This document shows positions 19,089 through 29,518 of a stretch of 64,000 nt of DNA, in pieces. A program made the position numbers and the translations under genes. The notes under the pieces are model-generated. The model made no database searches and was not told the origin of the DNA. It was given only the letters and a program-made list of their open reading frames with translations. Origin of the DNA: Chloroflexota bacterium. Its GTDB lineage: Bacteria > Chloroflexota > Dehalococcoidia > Lucifugimonadales > GCA-2722455. Positions within the stretch are counted from its first letter, which is position 1; every line of letters begins with the position of its first letter. The stretch covers positions 43,138 to 107,137 of the forward strand of contig PBMB01000001.1 in NCBI GenBank assembly GCA_002722455.1, read 5' to 3'.

Positions 19089-19700
19089 TTACATTAATTC
19101 ATTTATGTCTCTTTTTATTCTTTTTACTTTTCCTTTACCATAATGCTTAATATCAACAGGCTTTTCTTTTTCTATGTAATCAAGAATATTTAGATAAAAG
19201 TTTTTTTTATAACAACCTTTATCGTTCATAAATTTTATTATTTGCTTATTTTCTAGAATGTATTCTATATCTTTTAACTTAAAAAACAATCTATTTTCAT
19301 CATTTAATTTATTTAAACGCTCTAATTCAGAAATAATTACATTTTCTTTTAAATCATTAAATAAGTTTTGATAAAAAGTATCTTCTATTTTTTTATTAAA
19401 TGATTTTTTATCGATAGTCCCAAATAACGTAGAAATCTTAAAAATGGAATTTTGAATAATACCATTTTTTTTCTTTTTAAATCTTAAAAGTTCTTTTTCA
19501 GACTCTAATATTAAATCAATTTCGGAAAAAAAATTGTTATCGATGTTTTTTATTTTAACACCGTCTATTAGATCTCTTGTTGTGTTTTGTGCGTAATTTT
19601 CATTTTTGAAATTTATATTATCTAATAACATTTTTGTCCTAATATTTGTTTTATCTGTAATCTTATGTTTATATAATAGACTAAAATTTATTTTTTTCAA
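19089..19700 (-). CDS. Hypothetical protein (203 aa), co-operonic with the LysM protein
   Basis: 9-nt gap to the downstream gene. No recognisable motif. Confidence 0.4.
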   Translation of the reverse strand: MKKINFSLLYKHKITDKTNIRTKMLLDNINFKNENYAQNTTRDLIDGVKIKNIDNNFFSEIDLILESEKELLRFKKKKNGIIQNSIFKISTLFGTIDKKSFNKKIEDTFYQNLFNDLKENVIISELERLNKLNDENRLFFKLKDIEYILENKQIIKFMNDKGCYKKNFYLNILDYIEKEKPVDIKHYGKGKVKRIKRDINELM

Positions 19701-19786
19701 ATTATTTTAGAGTTAATCAAAAAAAAACTTGCAACGATTTTGTATGTATAGTATTATTGTAAACGATTTATTGAAAAGGAGAAAAC

Positions 19787-21721
19787 ATGCTTAAAAACAA
19801 CTTAAAACTAATTGGTATTGTTCTAGCCGCACTACTTATTCTTAAAATGGGGTTTGGTGGTGAAACAAGCCAAGCAAGTGCAGGTTCAACAGCTAATTCA
19901 GAAGTCACTAGTTATGACGAATTCGCTGAGTTTGCTGAACAGAACAATATTAAATCTGCAACATTTTCAGATGTTAATATCTTTTACACTACAAGAAATG
20001 GACAAGAATATAAAACAAGAATACCTTCTGTTGGTGATGACGATATCCTTAATATCTTACTTAAAAATGATGTGAAAGTTGTAGATAAGCCTAAGCCAGA
20101 AGCTGGTTTTTTTTCTAAGTTAATTATTAACCTTCTTCCGACTGTTTTATTTATTGGTTTCATTTATATGATTATTTCTAAACAATCAAATAAAATGCAA
20201 GATCAAACAGGGTTAAATAAAAAGAAAACTTTTCACGCAGAAGACCGTAAGCCTGTATTTTTTGATGACGTAGCAGGTTGTGACGAAGCAAAAGCTGAAG
20301 TTGAAGAAGTCGTTGATTTCCTTAAAAATCCACAAAAATATTGGGCATTAGGTGCTAAAATTCCACACGGTGTTCTACTTCAAGGTCCTCCTGGTAATGG
20401 TAAAACACTACTTGCAAGAGCAGTTGCAGGTGAAGCAGGTGTTCCATTCTTCTCAATTTCAGGTTCAGATTTTGTTGAAAAATATGTAGGTGTTGGTGCA
20501 GCTCGTGTTCGTGAATTGTTTGAAGAAGCAAGAAAAAATGCTCCTTGTATTATATTTATCGATGAAATTGACGCAATGGGTAAACAACGTTCAAGTGGCG
20601 GTAATGGTGGACACGAAGAACGTGAGCAAACTCTTAACCAAATGTTAGTTGAAATGGATGGTTTTGGTTCAGAAGACGCTATTATTGTTATTGCTGCAAC
20701 TAACCGTTCTGATATTCTTGATAACGCTCTTGTTCGTCCTGGTCGTTTTGACCGCCAAGTAAATGTTGGGCTTCCAGACGTTCGTGGTCGTGAACAAATT
20801 TTAAAAGTTCACGCTCGTAATAAGAAAGTTTCTAATGATATTAATTATCAACAAATTGCACAAGGCACAGCAGGTTTCTCTGGTGCTGATCTAGCAAACC
20901 TTGTTAATGAAGCAGTTTTATGTGCTGTTCGTTCTCAAAAAACTGAAACTGATAAGATTTCATTTGATGAAGCAAAAGATAAAATTATTATGGGTAGTGC
21001 GAAGAATAACTTTGCTATGAAAGAAAAAGAAAAGAGTTTGACTTCTTATCACGAAGCTGGTCATGCAATTATCGGTCATTTAATGAAAGAAGAAGGTTTG
21101 CATGATCCAGTTTACAAAGTTTCTATTATTCCACGTGAAAGAGCACTAGGCGTAACAGTATATCTCCCAGAAGAAGACCGTTACAGCCTAAGTAAAGGTG
21201 AAGCAAAAGCACGTATAATGACTCTTCTTGGTGGACGTATTGCTGAAGAGATGGTTACTGCAAAAGATGGTAGTGGAGTAACAACTGGTGCTTCCAATGA
21301 TATTGAAAGAGCTACACAATATGCAACCAAAATGGTAACTGCTTGGGGATTGTCAGATATTGGTAATGGTATTCGTCAATTAGGGAAGAGTGACGAACAT
21401 AGTCAAGAACCATTGGTTTCAGGGAAAACTCGTGAAGCTATTGATGCTGAAATTAATAAGATTCTTTCTGAGTGTTACGAAGAAGCACAAAAGCTTCTTT
21501 ACTCAAAAGGTGAAGTTTTAGAAGAAATGCATGATGCATTGATGGTTCGTGAAGTCATCACAAGTGAAGATGTAGAAAAACTTATGAACGGTGAAAAGCT
21601 TGAAACATATGAAAACTATGAAGGTAGCTTTAAAGAAAAAGATCGTATTCATGACATTAAAGAAGTTTTAGAAAAACCAAAATCTAAACAAGTTCTACCG
21701 TCTGATCTAGCAGTAGAATAA
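19787..21721 (+). CDS. ftsH: ATP-dependent zinc metalloprotease FtsH
   Basis: Two N-terminal TM segments. AAA module [62 protein letters not shown] and Zn-binding HEAGHAI motif. 644 aa. Confidence 0.9.
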   Translation: MLKNNLKLIGIVLAALLILKMGFGGETSQASAGSTANSEVTSYDEFAEFAEQNNIKSATFSDVNIFYTTRNGQEYKTRIPSVGDDDILNILLKNDVKVVDKPKPEAGFFSKLIINLLPTVLFIGFIYMIISKQSNKMQDQTGLNKKKTFHAEDRKPVFFDDVAGCDEAKAEVEEVVDFLKNPQKYWALGAKIPHGVLLQGPPGNGKTLLARAVAGEAGVPFFSISGSDFVEKYVGVGAARVRELFEEARKNAPCIIFIDEIDAMGKQRSSGGNGGHEEREQTLNQMLVEMDGFGSEDAIIVIAATNRSDILDNALVRPGRFDRQVNVGLPDVRGREQILKVHARNKKVSNDINYQQIAQGTAGFSGADLANLVNEAVLCAVRSQKTETDKISFDEAKDKIIMGSAKNNFAMKEKEKSLTSYHEAGHAIIGHLMKEEGLHDPVYKVSIIPRERALGVTVYLPEEDRYSLSKGEAKARIMTLLGGRIAEEMVTAKDGSGVTTGASNDIERATQYATKMVTAWGLSDIGNGIRQLGKSDEHSQEPLVSGKTREAIDAEINKILSECYEEAQKLLYSKGEVLEEMHDALMVREVITSEDVEKLMNGEKLETYENYEGSFKEKDRIHDIKEVLEKPKSKQVLPSDLAVE

Positions 21722-21739
21722 ACATTAAAAATAATAAAA

Positions 21740-21765
21740 AAGACTATCTTTTGATAGTCTTTTTT
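21740..21765. terminator. Bidirectional terminator
   Basis: aaaaagactatc-tttt-gatagtcttttttt. Confidence 0.65.
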
Positions 21766-21774
21766 TTGTTGTTT

Positions 21775-22341
21775 TTATCTTACAATTGAAAATCCTTTTA
21801 TTTTTTTAAGAGCTTCCAGTATTTCACATATTGGAATTTCATAACAGTCTTTGTTTTCTAATATATTTTCTAATTCTATTTCAAAATCTGTATTCTCCTT
21901 TTTTAACAGCTTGTTTAATTCATTTATGTCATTTTGCAATTCTGCTTTTACCAACAACAGTTTTTCTTCTTCTCCTTCAAAAATATTGTTTTCATTAAGC
22001 ATTGTAAATGTCTTAACACCTTTAATTACTTCTTTATAAGCAATGTATATATCATTTATTCTTTTTTGTCTCTTTTCACCTATATACTCAAAAGACTCTT
22101 CCTTCATTGTTTTGGACACTTCTCTAATAAAATTTTCAGCCTCTGTTATATTAGTTCCCTTTATTAGAACTTCGATAGCATCATTTATTTCTTCTTGTTT
22201 GCTCATTAAGTATGATTTCATTTCTTCTTTTTCTTTCAGCAATGAATTGATTACTTCTAATTTTGTTTTTTTATATGAATCTTCTTTTTCTGGAATCTCA
22301 TATTCATAATTAATTGCTATTTTTATCATTTTATTCTCCAT
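21775..22341 (-). CDS. Hypothetical coiled-coil protein (188 aa)
   Basis: ORF with heptad-like Glu/Lys-rich sequence. No known domain. Confidence 0.4.
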   Translation of the reverse strand: MENKMIKIAINYEYEIPEKEDSYKKTKLEVINSLLKEKEEMKSYLMSKQEEINDAIEVLIKGTNITEAENFIREVSKTMKEESFEYIGEKRQKRINDIYIAYKEVIKGVKTFTMLNENNIFEGEEEKLLLVKAELQNDINELNKLLKKENTDFEIELENILENKDCYEIPICEILEALKKIKGFSIVR

Positions 22342-22429
22342 TTATATTTCTTTATATTGTTATTTAAATGAAATCAAAAACTATAAATTACTTTCATTTA
22401 TTATATTCTTTTTATTTAGGAGATTAAAA

Positions 22430-23329
22430 ATGAAAGTAAGTGTTATTGTTCCAGTAGAAAATGAAGAGTATAAGGTTCAAAATATTATTGAACATATACT
22501 AGAACAGAAAGTTAGTTTTAATTATGAAATTGTTGTTATAGATAACAATTCAATAGACAACACAGCTTTAATTGTTAGAAACTTATCTACCAATTACCCT
22601 AATGTTGTTATTGTGGAAAATAAAAAAGAACTAAATTACAATCAAATAAGAAATCAAGGATTACATTTAGCAAAAGGTAAGTATGTCACATTTTACAATC
22701 AGAATAGTTATTGGCGAAGGAATAAACTTCAAAAGCAAGTCAACAATTTAGATAAACACAACAAAAGCGTTTTATGTTTTTCTAATATCGCATTAATTGA
22801 TAATGATAAAGGCATCATAGGTAATCATTTTTTAAAATATCCTTTTTTTAGAAAAATGATTAACGGTAGAAAAACTTCACAAGTTTGTAAAAATATATTT
22901 GATGTTATTATTAAAGAAAATTTAATTGATTTTGACAACATTTTAATCAGAAAAGAACCTTTATTGAAAAAAGGTGGTTTTGATGAAAATTTAAATAAAG
23001 ATCAAGATTGGGATATTTGGCTAAAAATGGCTAAAAATTATAAATTTTCTTTTAACAATGAAATATTAATGGACAAAGAGTTGTTTGGAGAAAATACATT
23101 CAATGAAAAAACAGTATTAAATATACTAGAAAAATATAAAAAAGAATGCAACCCTAGAACGTACAGTATAGCAAAATCTAACTGCTATGCTTATATTGCA
23201 GATGAATTGTTTTTTTTAAACAAGAAAAAAGAAAGCTTTAAATATTATTTAAAATCACTTAAAGCTTTTTTTCAAATTAGAGTATTTAAAGAGTTTATGT
23301 TTAAATTAGCTTGGGTTCAGAACTTTTAA
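22430..23329 (+). CDS. Family-2 glycosyltransferase
   Basis: N-terminus VSVIVPVENEEYKVQNIIEHILEQ...YEIVVIDNNSID is the typical GT-A/GT2 start. A DxD-type motif is present. Confidence 0.6.
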   Translation: MKVSVIVPVENEEYKVQNIIEHILEQKVSFNYEIVVIDNNSIDNTALIVRNLSTNYPNVVIVENKKELNYNQIRNQGLHLAKGKYVTFYNQNSYWRRNKLQKQVNNLDKHNKSVLCFSNIALIDNDKGIIGNHFLKYPFFRKMINGRKTSQVCKNIFDVIIKENLIDFDNILIRKEPLLKKGGFDENLNKDQDWDIWLKMAKNYKFSFNNEILMDKELFGENTFNEKTVLNILEKYKKECNPRTYSIAKSNCYAYIADELFFLNKKKESFKYYLKSLKAFFQIRVFKEFMFKLAWVQNF

Positions 23330-24172
23330 AAACTCTGTTTTTATCTTTTTTAAAGCATCTCTTTCATCGTTAGATAAATAACTTTCAACATTTGATTCTC
23401 TGAGAGAATCATAGACTATCTCAGCATTGCTTTTAGGGTTTTTGAAATCTTTCGGTGATTTTTCACCTGTAATATATGGGTTTTTTTCACCTTGATATTT
23501 TGCTTTTAGATTATGAATTCTAAGTTCTTCTTTAGAAACAGGATCTGAATTATTCCAAGCAGTATAAAGTTTTAAATCTTGATTACTTAATCTTAGTTTA
23601 TATTTATCTGCCATGTAGAAATATGTTCTTGCAATATCACCTCTAATTTCATCTGTTGGTTGAGCTTTTTTAGCTTTAAAATCAATGACCATATCACATT
23701 GACCATATTGTGAAGCTATATTGCTTGAAACCATTGTTAATGAAAAATTAGATCTATCACCATTTACTTCACCAATTGCTGGAACTAAATTATGAAGATT
23801 TGCTTCCATTTTTTTAAAAATTGGATCTTTTCTACATTTTTTTCTTCCACCTTCTTGCCAACACATTCTTTGGTGTCCAAAATACCAAGCTGGAACTACG
23901 TGCTCCCATTCGATTCTAGCGGCTCTTTTTTCTTGTTTTCTAGGTTTAAACCCACAGGCTTCATGACTTGGTGTTAACCAAGGTTTACCTTTTTTGTCTG
24001 CATAATACATATCACAACCACAATAAAAAGTTTCGTCATTATCTGTGTAAATTTTCGTTGCTAATGTTTTTTTTGCATTTGAAAATGAGGTAGGTTCTGA
24101 CATTGCCGTTTGTGATAACGATAATCCTAATGTTACAAGTAATAATGTTTTCAATGTTTTCAATATTTTCAT
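23306..24172 (-). CDS. endA: Periplasmic DNA endonuclease I (EndA family) with a C-terminal extension
   Basis: Signal peptide. FYCGCDMYY...[58 protein letters not shown] is colinear with E. coli EndA ([58 protein letters not shown]). Confidence 0.85.
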   Translation of the reverse strand: [288 protein letters not shown]

Positions 24173-24435
24173 TTTTTTTCCTTATTAAGTTTTGTTATAT
24201 TATAGCATAATAGTGTTGTCGTTATCAAGTCTTTTCTTAAAAAAGTTTTTTTTCGATAATATAAATTAGAAGAATATAATTAAAGGATTTGATACGTTTA
24301 AAAAAATATATCAAAACATGTAGATTCTTGGGCAAATTTCTTTTTTTCTATCGAAAATCTCCAGAATACTCCAAGTTTCTTATTTATGTTTTCTCGTAGA
24401 AGTTGAAATTGATAAAAAATTACATATTATTAAAA

Positions 24436-24462
24436 AAAGTCTCATTAAGAGACTTTTTTAAA
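24436..24462. terminator. Bidirectional terminator
   Basis: aaaaaaagtctc-atta-gagacttttttaaa. Confidence 0.6.
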
Positions 24463-25390
24463 CGAAAAAGAAATCTATTGAAACTTTTGGTAATACATAT
24501 TTATAGTTTAAATTATTCAATGTATTTATTTCTATAATCTTTTCTTTCTTAAACCTCACTGCTTTTGGTTTTATATCTGAAATAGATAAGTTCATTTCAA
24601 AATCTGTTTTTAAAGTAGTTAATGTTTTTGATAGTAATAAAACTTCTGGCGTTTCTTTTACTTGTTGTATTATTTTTTGAGTTTTCGTTTCACTTCTTGC
24701 TGTTTTTCTTATGCTGGAGTAAATATTTTCGGCAGGTGCTTCTATTAAGTTTTTAATAGAGCCAAAATCATTTATTATTTTTAAAGCTGTTTTTTCTCCA
24801 CAGCCTTCCAACCCAAGTATATTATCAGCTTTATCACCTTGCAATGCTAATAGATCTATTATTTCTTCTGGTTTATTAACCCCAAAACTTTCATTTAAAT
24901 TTTTAATGTTTATTTCTCTTTTAAACCTTGTATCTACAAGCCTTGTGTTTTCATCTATTATTTGTGCAATATCTTTATCACCAGTAAGTATTGTTGTTTT
25001 CCATTTTTTTAATTGTGCTTTTTTTGCTAAATAACCAATAACGTCGTCACCTTCAACGCCTTTTTCACAAAAATAAGGTAAACCAGAAGCTTTTACATAA
25101 GTATGTATTTCTTCAACCTGTCTTAAAAATTCTTTTGTTTTTGGTGGTCTGTTAGCTTTGTACTCTGGATAGATTTCTTTTCTAAATGAATCACCTTGAA
25201 AATCTAACACTATAGCCAAATATTCTGGTTTTCTTTCATTTATTTCTTTTGTTATCATTGTCATAAAACCTTTTATCAAAAAGTTTTTTTCTGTTGAAAA
25301 TCTATCATTTTTATAACCGTGATAAGCTCTATGAATAAAAGAATCACCGTCTATTATTAAAAAACTGTTTTCCATTATATTATTTTCCAT
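24458..25390 (-). CDS. 5'-3' exonuclease / flap endonuclease (Pol I N-terminal-domain homolog, Xni-like)
   Basis: FLIIDGDSFIHRAYHGY, VLDFQGDSFRKEIYPEYKANR, ILTGDKDIAQI and LLALQGDKADNILGLEGCGEKTA are the conserved 5'-nuclease/H3TH motifs. 310 aa standalone protein. Confidence 0.7.
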   Translation of the reverse strand: MENNIMENSFLIIDGDSFIHRAYHGYKNDRFSTEKNFLIKGFMTMITKEINERKPEYLAIVLDFQGDSFRKEIYPEYKANRPPKTKEFLRQVEEIHTYVKASGLPYFCEKGVEGDDVIGYLAKKAQLKKWKTTILTGDKDIAQIIDENTRLVDTRFKREINIKNLNESFGVNKPEEIIDLLALQGDKADNILGLEGCGEKTALKIINDFGSIKNLIEAPAENIYSSIRKTARSETKTQKIIQQVKETPEVLLLSKTLTTLKTDFEMNLSISDIKPKAVRFKKEKIIEINTLNNLNYKYVLPKVSIDFFFV

Positions 25391-25850
25391 ACATTAATTC
25401 TAAATTTTCCATTTGTTCTTTATTTAATTTTAATTCGTCGAACAATAAGCCTTTCATATTGGCAATTTTTAAAAACTCTTCGTCAATAAAGCTTAAAGTA
25501 TATCTTTTTGTGTCATATTCTTCTGTTAATCTATCTTTTGTGCAATGTAAACAATCATTTTTTAACACATATGATTTTTCTACTGTTTGTTCTAATATAA
25601 ATTTATTAAATCTAATATCTTTTTTAGAGATAATCATGTACTTTTTGTCTCTATTTTTGCTTTCATGAAAATTAATTTTTTCGTCAATTAAAGTATGTTT
25701 GTCAACTTCTACTATACCCCAACCCTTTTTTTCAAGGAAGGAATAAATAATATTTAATAATTTTTCATTTCTTAGTAAGATTTCATTTTCAATATTTAAA
25801 TGTATTATTCTTTGATTAAAAAAAGAGTCTTTGAACATTTTTTTCTCCAT
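25380..25850 (-). CDS. Hypothetical protein (156 aa), overlapping-start operon partner of the 5'-3' exonuclease
   Basis: 11-nt overlap with the downstream gene. No motif. Confidence 0.4.
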   Translation of the reverse strand: MEKKMFKDSFFNQRIIHLNIENEILLRNEKLLNIIYSFLEKKGWGIVEVDKHTLIDEKINFHESKNRDKKYMIISKKDIRFNKFILEQTVEKSYVLKNDCLHCTKDRLTEEYDTKRYTLSFIDEEFLKIANMKGLLFDELKLNKEQMENLELMYGK

Positions 25851-25861
25851 TTATTTTTATT

Positions 25862-25925
25862 ATATCATTAAAGAAAAAAAATAGCTATCTGAGAAGATAA
25901 CTATTTTTATTATTTGTTTTTTTAA
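25862..25925 (-). terminator. Rho-independent terminator downstream of the clpB-like gene
   Basis: On the minus strand: near-palindrome aaaaatagttatcttctcagatagctattttttttc. Confidence 0.5.
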
Positions 25926-25929
25926 TTGC

Positions 25930-28494
25930 TTATTCTTCTATAATATTAACAAGTTGAACTCGACCTTCAAAACTGTCTAACTCAATATCAGAACCTTTAC
26001 TTAGATAACCTGTTAAAATATAGTCTGTTAGGCTGTCATCTATCATTGTTTGAATCTTACGTTTAAGTGGTCTAGCACCATATTTAGGTTCATAACCTGC
26101 TTCCACAACCAGATCTAAACAACTATCTGTTATTTCAATATTAATACGTTTTTCTGCTAGTTTTTCAATTGTTGGTTTAACCATTAGTCTTGCAATTTTA
26201 CGTAAAGAATTTTTATCTAACGCTTCAAAAACAATTTTTTCGTCAATACGGTTGATTAGTTCTGGGCGCATTTTTTTCTCAAGTTCTTTAATTACAGCAG
26301 CTTTCTCTTTTGGTGTATTCTTCTTAATGTGTTCAGAACCTATATTTGAAGTCAAAACGACTATTGTGTTTTTAAAATTGATTTTTCTACCTTTACCATC
26401 ACTTAAATGACCTTCATCTAAAACTTGAAGAAGTAAGTTTAGGACTTCTGGATCAGCTTTTTCAATTTCATCAAAAAGAACTATTGAATAAGGTTTTTTA
26501 CGAACAGCTTCTGTTAATAGACCGCCTTCGTCAGCATTTTGATAACCACTTGGAGAACCAATTAACTTTGATACTGTACCTTTTTCCATGTATTCAGACA
26601 TATCCATTCTAATAATTGCGTCTTTTGAACCAAACATTTCATAAGCAAGTTGCTTACATAGTTCTGTTTTACCAACACCACTAGAACCTAAAAACAAAAA
26701 TGAACCATTTGGACGATCTACGTCTGATAAACCTGCCATAGAACGTTTAATTGCACGATAAACAGCATTTACGGCAACATCTTGACCAATGAGGTTTTTT
26801 CTTAAATTCTCTTCTAGGTTTAGAACCTTTTCACGATCACTCTCAGCCATTTTGTCTACTGGAACACCTGTTTTTGAAGCTATTACTCTCAATACGTCTA
26901 CTGTTGTTAATTTTTTTACTACAACTTGTAGTGGAATATCTTTTAACATATTTAACTCAGAACGTAATACTTGAATATTATCTTCTTCAAACTTCATTCT
27001 TTCTTCTAAATCTTGAATTGTTTCTGCTTTCTGTTCTAATTTTTTTATTTCAGATTCACATTCTGTAATTTTCCTTAAAACTTTATTGTCTAGCTGTTCT
27101 TGTTCTAATATTTTTTGAAGATCTTCCTGAAGAATTAAAAGATCTTTATTTAGTCTTTGTAATTCAAATTCAGCTTCTTCTGAACCATCAAGAGAAATAG
27201 ATTTCTTTTCTAGTTCTTTTTGATAGATTTTGTTTTCTAGTTTTTGAATTACTACTGGCTTTGAATCCAAACTAATTCTTACAATAGAAGAAGCTTCGTC
27301 AATAATATCAATTGCTTTATCAGGAAAATTTCTATCATTAATATAGCGACCTGACAGTTTTACAGCTTGAATAATTGCTGAATCTTCAATCTCTATTTTA
27401 TAGTGATTTTCGTAATGAGATTTTAAACCACGAAGGATTGAAATCGTTTCTGGTACACTTGGTTGCTTTATCGAAATTGTTTGAAAGTGTCTCGCAAAAG
27501 AAGCGTCTTCTTCAAACCCTTTATAATGCTCATTCGTTGTAGCACCTATAACTGTAATTTCAGAACGAGATAACGCAGGTTTTATCATATCTGCCAAATT
27601 CATTTTATCCTGTCTATTCGCATGAATGTTATGAATGTTATCAATAAACAATATCGATTGACCATGTTCTTTTTTTAATGTTTCTATAACTTGCTTTAGT
27701 CTTTTCTCCAACTCACCTTGATATTTAGAACCAGAAAACATTGAAGAAATATCTAATTCTAAAATTTTTTTACCTTTAAGACTTTCAGGAACTTGGTTTT
27801 TAGCAATTTTTTGTGCCAATGCGTCAATAATAGTTGTCTTACCAACACCAGATTCACCAATTATAATAGGGTTGCTCTTTGTTTTACGTTGTAAAATTTG
27901 ATAAATATCTAACAATTCTTCTTCACGACCTACAACTTTTGCCAGCTCTCCATTTTTTGCTTTTTGAGTAAGATCTGAAAGCATTGAAGATACTGGAAGA
28001 GATTTTGAGTCACCAAAAGAAGCAAATTCTTTTGCAAAACGGTTTCCGAATGAAGATAAATCATTTTCTTCACTATAACCTTCACCTGAATCTAATAAAC
28101 TTTTATTATAATTCTCTTTAATTTTATCAAATGTTGCATAACAATCATCAAGAAGAGATTTTACAGGATCTGTTTTAATTATAGCGAAAAAGAATTCCTC
28201 ATAATTTTTTCCATGAGCTATAATAATTCTTTTAAGTGGCTCTGATATTTGAGAGCCTTTGTATTTCTCAATTAGTCTATTTTTTTCTTTACCATAGAAA
28301 TCAGTAAGCAAAACAGAATGAGTAATTGTTGCTTTTATTTTTTTATCTTTATTTTCTAAGGCTTGAAGTATATGGATTGTGTCAATACCTTTTGTTTTAG
28401 AAATTTCTCTTGCTTCTATTAAAACTTTTACTACTTCTTCACATGCTTGTGAGCTTTTGGTTTGGTTTTTCGCAGTTGTCATTTTTGTCTCCAT
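25930..28494 (-). CDS. clpB: ClpB-family two-ring AAA+ disaggregase with a divergent N-domain and NBD1 Walker-B DN instead of DE
   Basis: NBD1 [38 protein letters not shown], a long coiled-coil M-domain, and NBD2 [53 protein letters not shown]...[11 protein letters not shown] are colinear with E. coli ClpB. The NBD1 Walker B reads ILFIDNIHN where E. coli has ILFIDELHT. 854 aa. Confidence 0.8.
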   Translation of the reverse strand: METKMTTAKNQTKSSQACEEVVKVLIEAREISKTKGIDTIHILQALENKDKKIKATITHSVLLTDFYGKEKNRLIEKYKGSQISEPLKRIIIAHGKNYEEFFFAIIKTDPVKSLLDDCYATFDKIKENYNKSLLDSGEGYSEENDLSSFGNRFAKEFASFGDSKSLPVSSMLSDLTQKAKNGELAKVVGREEELLDIYQILQRKTKSNPIIIGESGVGKTTIIDALAQKIAKNQVPESLKGKKILELDISSMFSGSKYQGELEKRLKQVIETLKKEHGQSILFIDNIHNIHANRQDKMNLADMIKPALSRSEITVIGATTNEHYKGFEEDASFARHFQTISIKQPSVPETISILRGLKSHYENHYKIEIEDSAIIQAVKLSGRYINDRNFPDKAIDIIDEASSIVRISLDSKPVVIQKLENKIYQKELEKKSISLDGSEEAEFELQRLNKDLLILQEDLQKILEQEQLDNKVLRKITECESEIKKLEQKAETIQDLEERMKFEEDNIQVLRSELNMLKDIPLQVVVKKLTTVDVLRVIASKTGVPVDKMAESDREKVLNLEENLRKNLIGQDVAVNAVYRAIKRSMAGLSDVDRPNGSFLFLGSSGVGKTELCKQLAYEMFGSKDAIIRMDMSEYMEKGTVSKLIGSPSGYQNADEGGLLTEAVRKKPYSIVLFDEIEKADPEVLNLLLQVLDEGHLSDGKGRKINFKNTIVVLTSNIGSEHIKKNTPKEKAAVIKELEKKMRPELINRIDEKIVFEALDKNSLRKIARLMVKPTIEKLAEKRINIEITDSCLDLVVEAGYEPKYGARPLKRKIQTMIDDSLTDYILTGYLSKGSDIELDSFEGRVQLVNIIEE

Positions 28495-28542
28495 TAATTT
28501 ATTTGCCTATTTTATCAATATTAAAGTAATAATACAAGCTTT

Positions 28543-28590
28543 TTTATTCTTTTTTTATTCTTTTTTTATTCTTTTTTTATTTATTGATTG
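28543..28590. repeat. 11-bp tandem repeat (tttttttattc) x4 in the clpB upstream region
   Basis: Direct reading: ttttttattc tttttttattc tttttttattc tttttttattt, 50-95 nt upstream of the clpB start. Confidence 0.7.
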
Positions 28591-28774
28591 TGTTTTTTTT
28601 CTTGTTATTTCTTTTATTTAGTGTTATTATGACTAGATATATAAACGTAGAGGAAAAAATGAATATAAAACATCTTATTAATGTAGCAGCGAGAAGAGCC
28701 AACATCGTGACGAGTTAACCCCGTCTTGCGAGAGGTTAGTTCGTTCATAAGAATGACCTCTCATTAAACTGCAT

Positions 28775-28815
28775 AATTAAGTCTTTGAGAGGTCGAACTC
28801 ACAAAGACTTTTTTT
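28775..28815 (+). terminator. Rho-independent terminator closing a short GC-rich structured leader
   Basis: aagtctttgagaggtcgaactcacaaagactttttttatg: 8-bp stem plus a T7 run. Confidence 0.55.
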
Positions 28816-28979
28816 ATGCTTGTTAAAAGTAGGGTAGTGTAATACCTAAAGTTTTTTTAAGTATTTGTTTTATTGGGTTTTTTTTATTAATTTTTTTTAA
28901 ATAAAAGTGTTGACAAGTAAAAAGCTTCATACTATACTTATAAACATAAAGTGAAAACATAAATAAAGATAAAATTTTT

Positions 28980-29055
28980 GGGGATATAGCTCAACTGGTA
29001 GAGCACTTGCTTTGCAAGCAAGAGGTCAAGGGTTCAACTCCCTTTATCTCCACCA
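28980..29055 (+). tRNA. tRNA-Ala (anticodon TGC)
   Basis: Cloverleaf folds by hand. G3:U70 pair in the acceptor stem, anticodon loop tttgcaa, T-loop ggttcaactcc, encoded CCA. Confidence 0.65.
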
Positions 29056-29060
29056 AAGAT

Positions 29061-29136
29061 ACTCTCTTAGCTCAATTGGAAGAGCAACGGTCTTCTAAAC
29101 CGTAGGTTGTTGGTTCGAATCCAATAGGGAGTGCCA
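29061..29136 (+). tRNA. tRNA-Arg (anticodon TCT)
   Basis: Anticodon stem acggt/accgt with loop cttctaa. D-arm gctc-aattggaa-gagc and T-arm ggttcgaatcc resemble E. coli tRNA-Arg(UCU). Encoded CCA. Confidence 0.6.
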
Positions 29137-29145
29137 AATTAAATT

Positions 29146-29220
29146 GGGGAATTATTTCAATTGGTAGAATACTGCCCTTGCAAGGCAGAGACACGAGTTC
29201 AAATCTCGTATTCTCCACCA
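29146..29220 (+). tRNA. Divergent Ala-like tRNA (G3:U70, anticodon TGC)
   Basis: Acceptor ggggaat/attctcc with G3:U70. Anticodon stem ctgcc/ggcag with loop cttgcaa. Weak D-stem. CCA encoded. Confidence 0.45.
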
Positions 29221-29232
29221 AAAAAAAATATG

Positions 29233-29308
29233 GGGGGTATAGCTCAGTTGGGAGAGCATCTGCCTTGCACGTAGAAGGTCAGGAGTTCGAACCTCCTTAC
29301 CTCCACCA
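29233..29308 (+). tRNA. tRNA-Ala (anticodon TGC), canonical
   Basis: Closest to E. coli tRNA-Ala(UGC): gggggtatagctcagttgggagagc...cttgcac...ggttcgaacc, G3:U70, CCA. Confidence 0.7.
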
Positions 29309-29350
29309 TATAAATCAATACTTTTGACATAAATTTTTAATTGTATGATT

Positions 29351-29425
29351 GGGGAATTAGTTTAATTGGGAAAATATCGCCCTTGCAAGGCGAAGTTATG
29401 AGTTCGATTCTCATATTCTCCACCA
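29351..29425 (+). tRNA. Divergent Ala-like tRNA (G3:U70, anticodon TGC), paralog of 29146-29220
   Basis: Same architecture as 29146-29220. Anticodon stem tcgcc/ggcga with loop cttgcaa. CCA. Confidence 0.45.
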
Positions 29426-29433
29426 AAAAAAAT

Positions 29434-29509
29434 GCTTCCATAGCTCAACAGGATAGAGCAGTGGTCTTCTAAACCATAGATCGGGGTTCGAGTCCCTGTG
29501 GGAGTGCCA
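29434..29509 (+). tRNA. tRNA-Arg (anticodon TCT), second divergent copy
   Basis: Anticodon stem gtggt/accat with loop cttctaa. Its 3' end plus spacer (gggagtgccaaattaaattgg) is identical to that of the first Arg gene. Confidence 0.55.
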
Positions 29510-29518
29510 AATTAAATT

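Noticed and set aside
25930-28494. ClpV (type VI secretion ATPase) interpretation of the ClpB-like gene
   Set aside because: No tss or hcp/vgrG genes are in the window, and the long ClpB-type middle domain is present. A ClpB paralog is the simpler reading.
19854-28621. Short ORFs 19854-20075, 21851-22309 (three), 23792-23977, 25459-25668, 26789-27068 (two), 28379-28621
   Set aside because: Internal or antisense to ftsH, the 188-aa gene, endA, the 156-aa gene and clpB.
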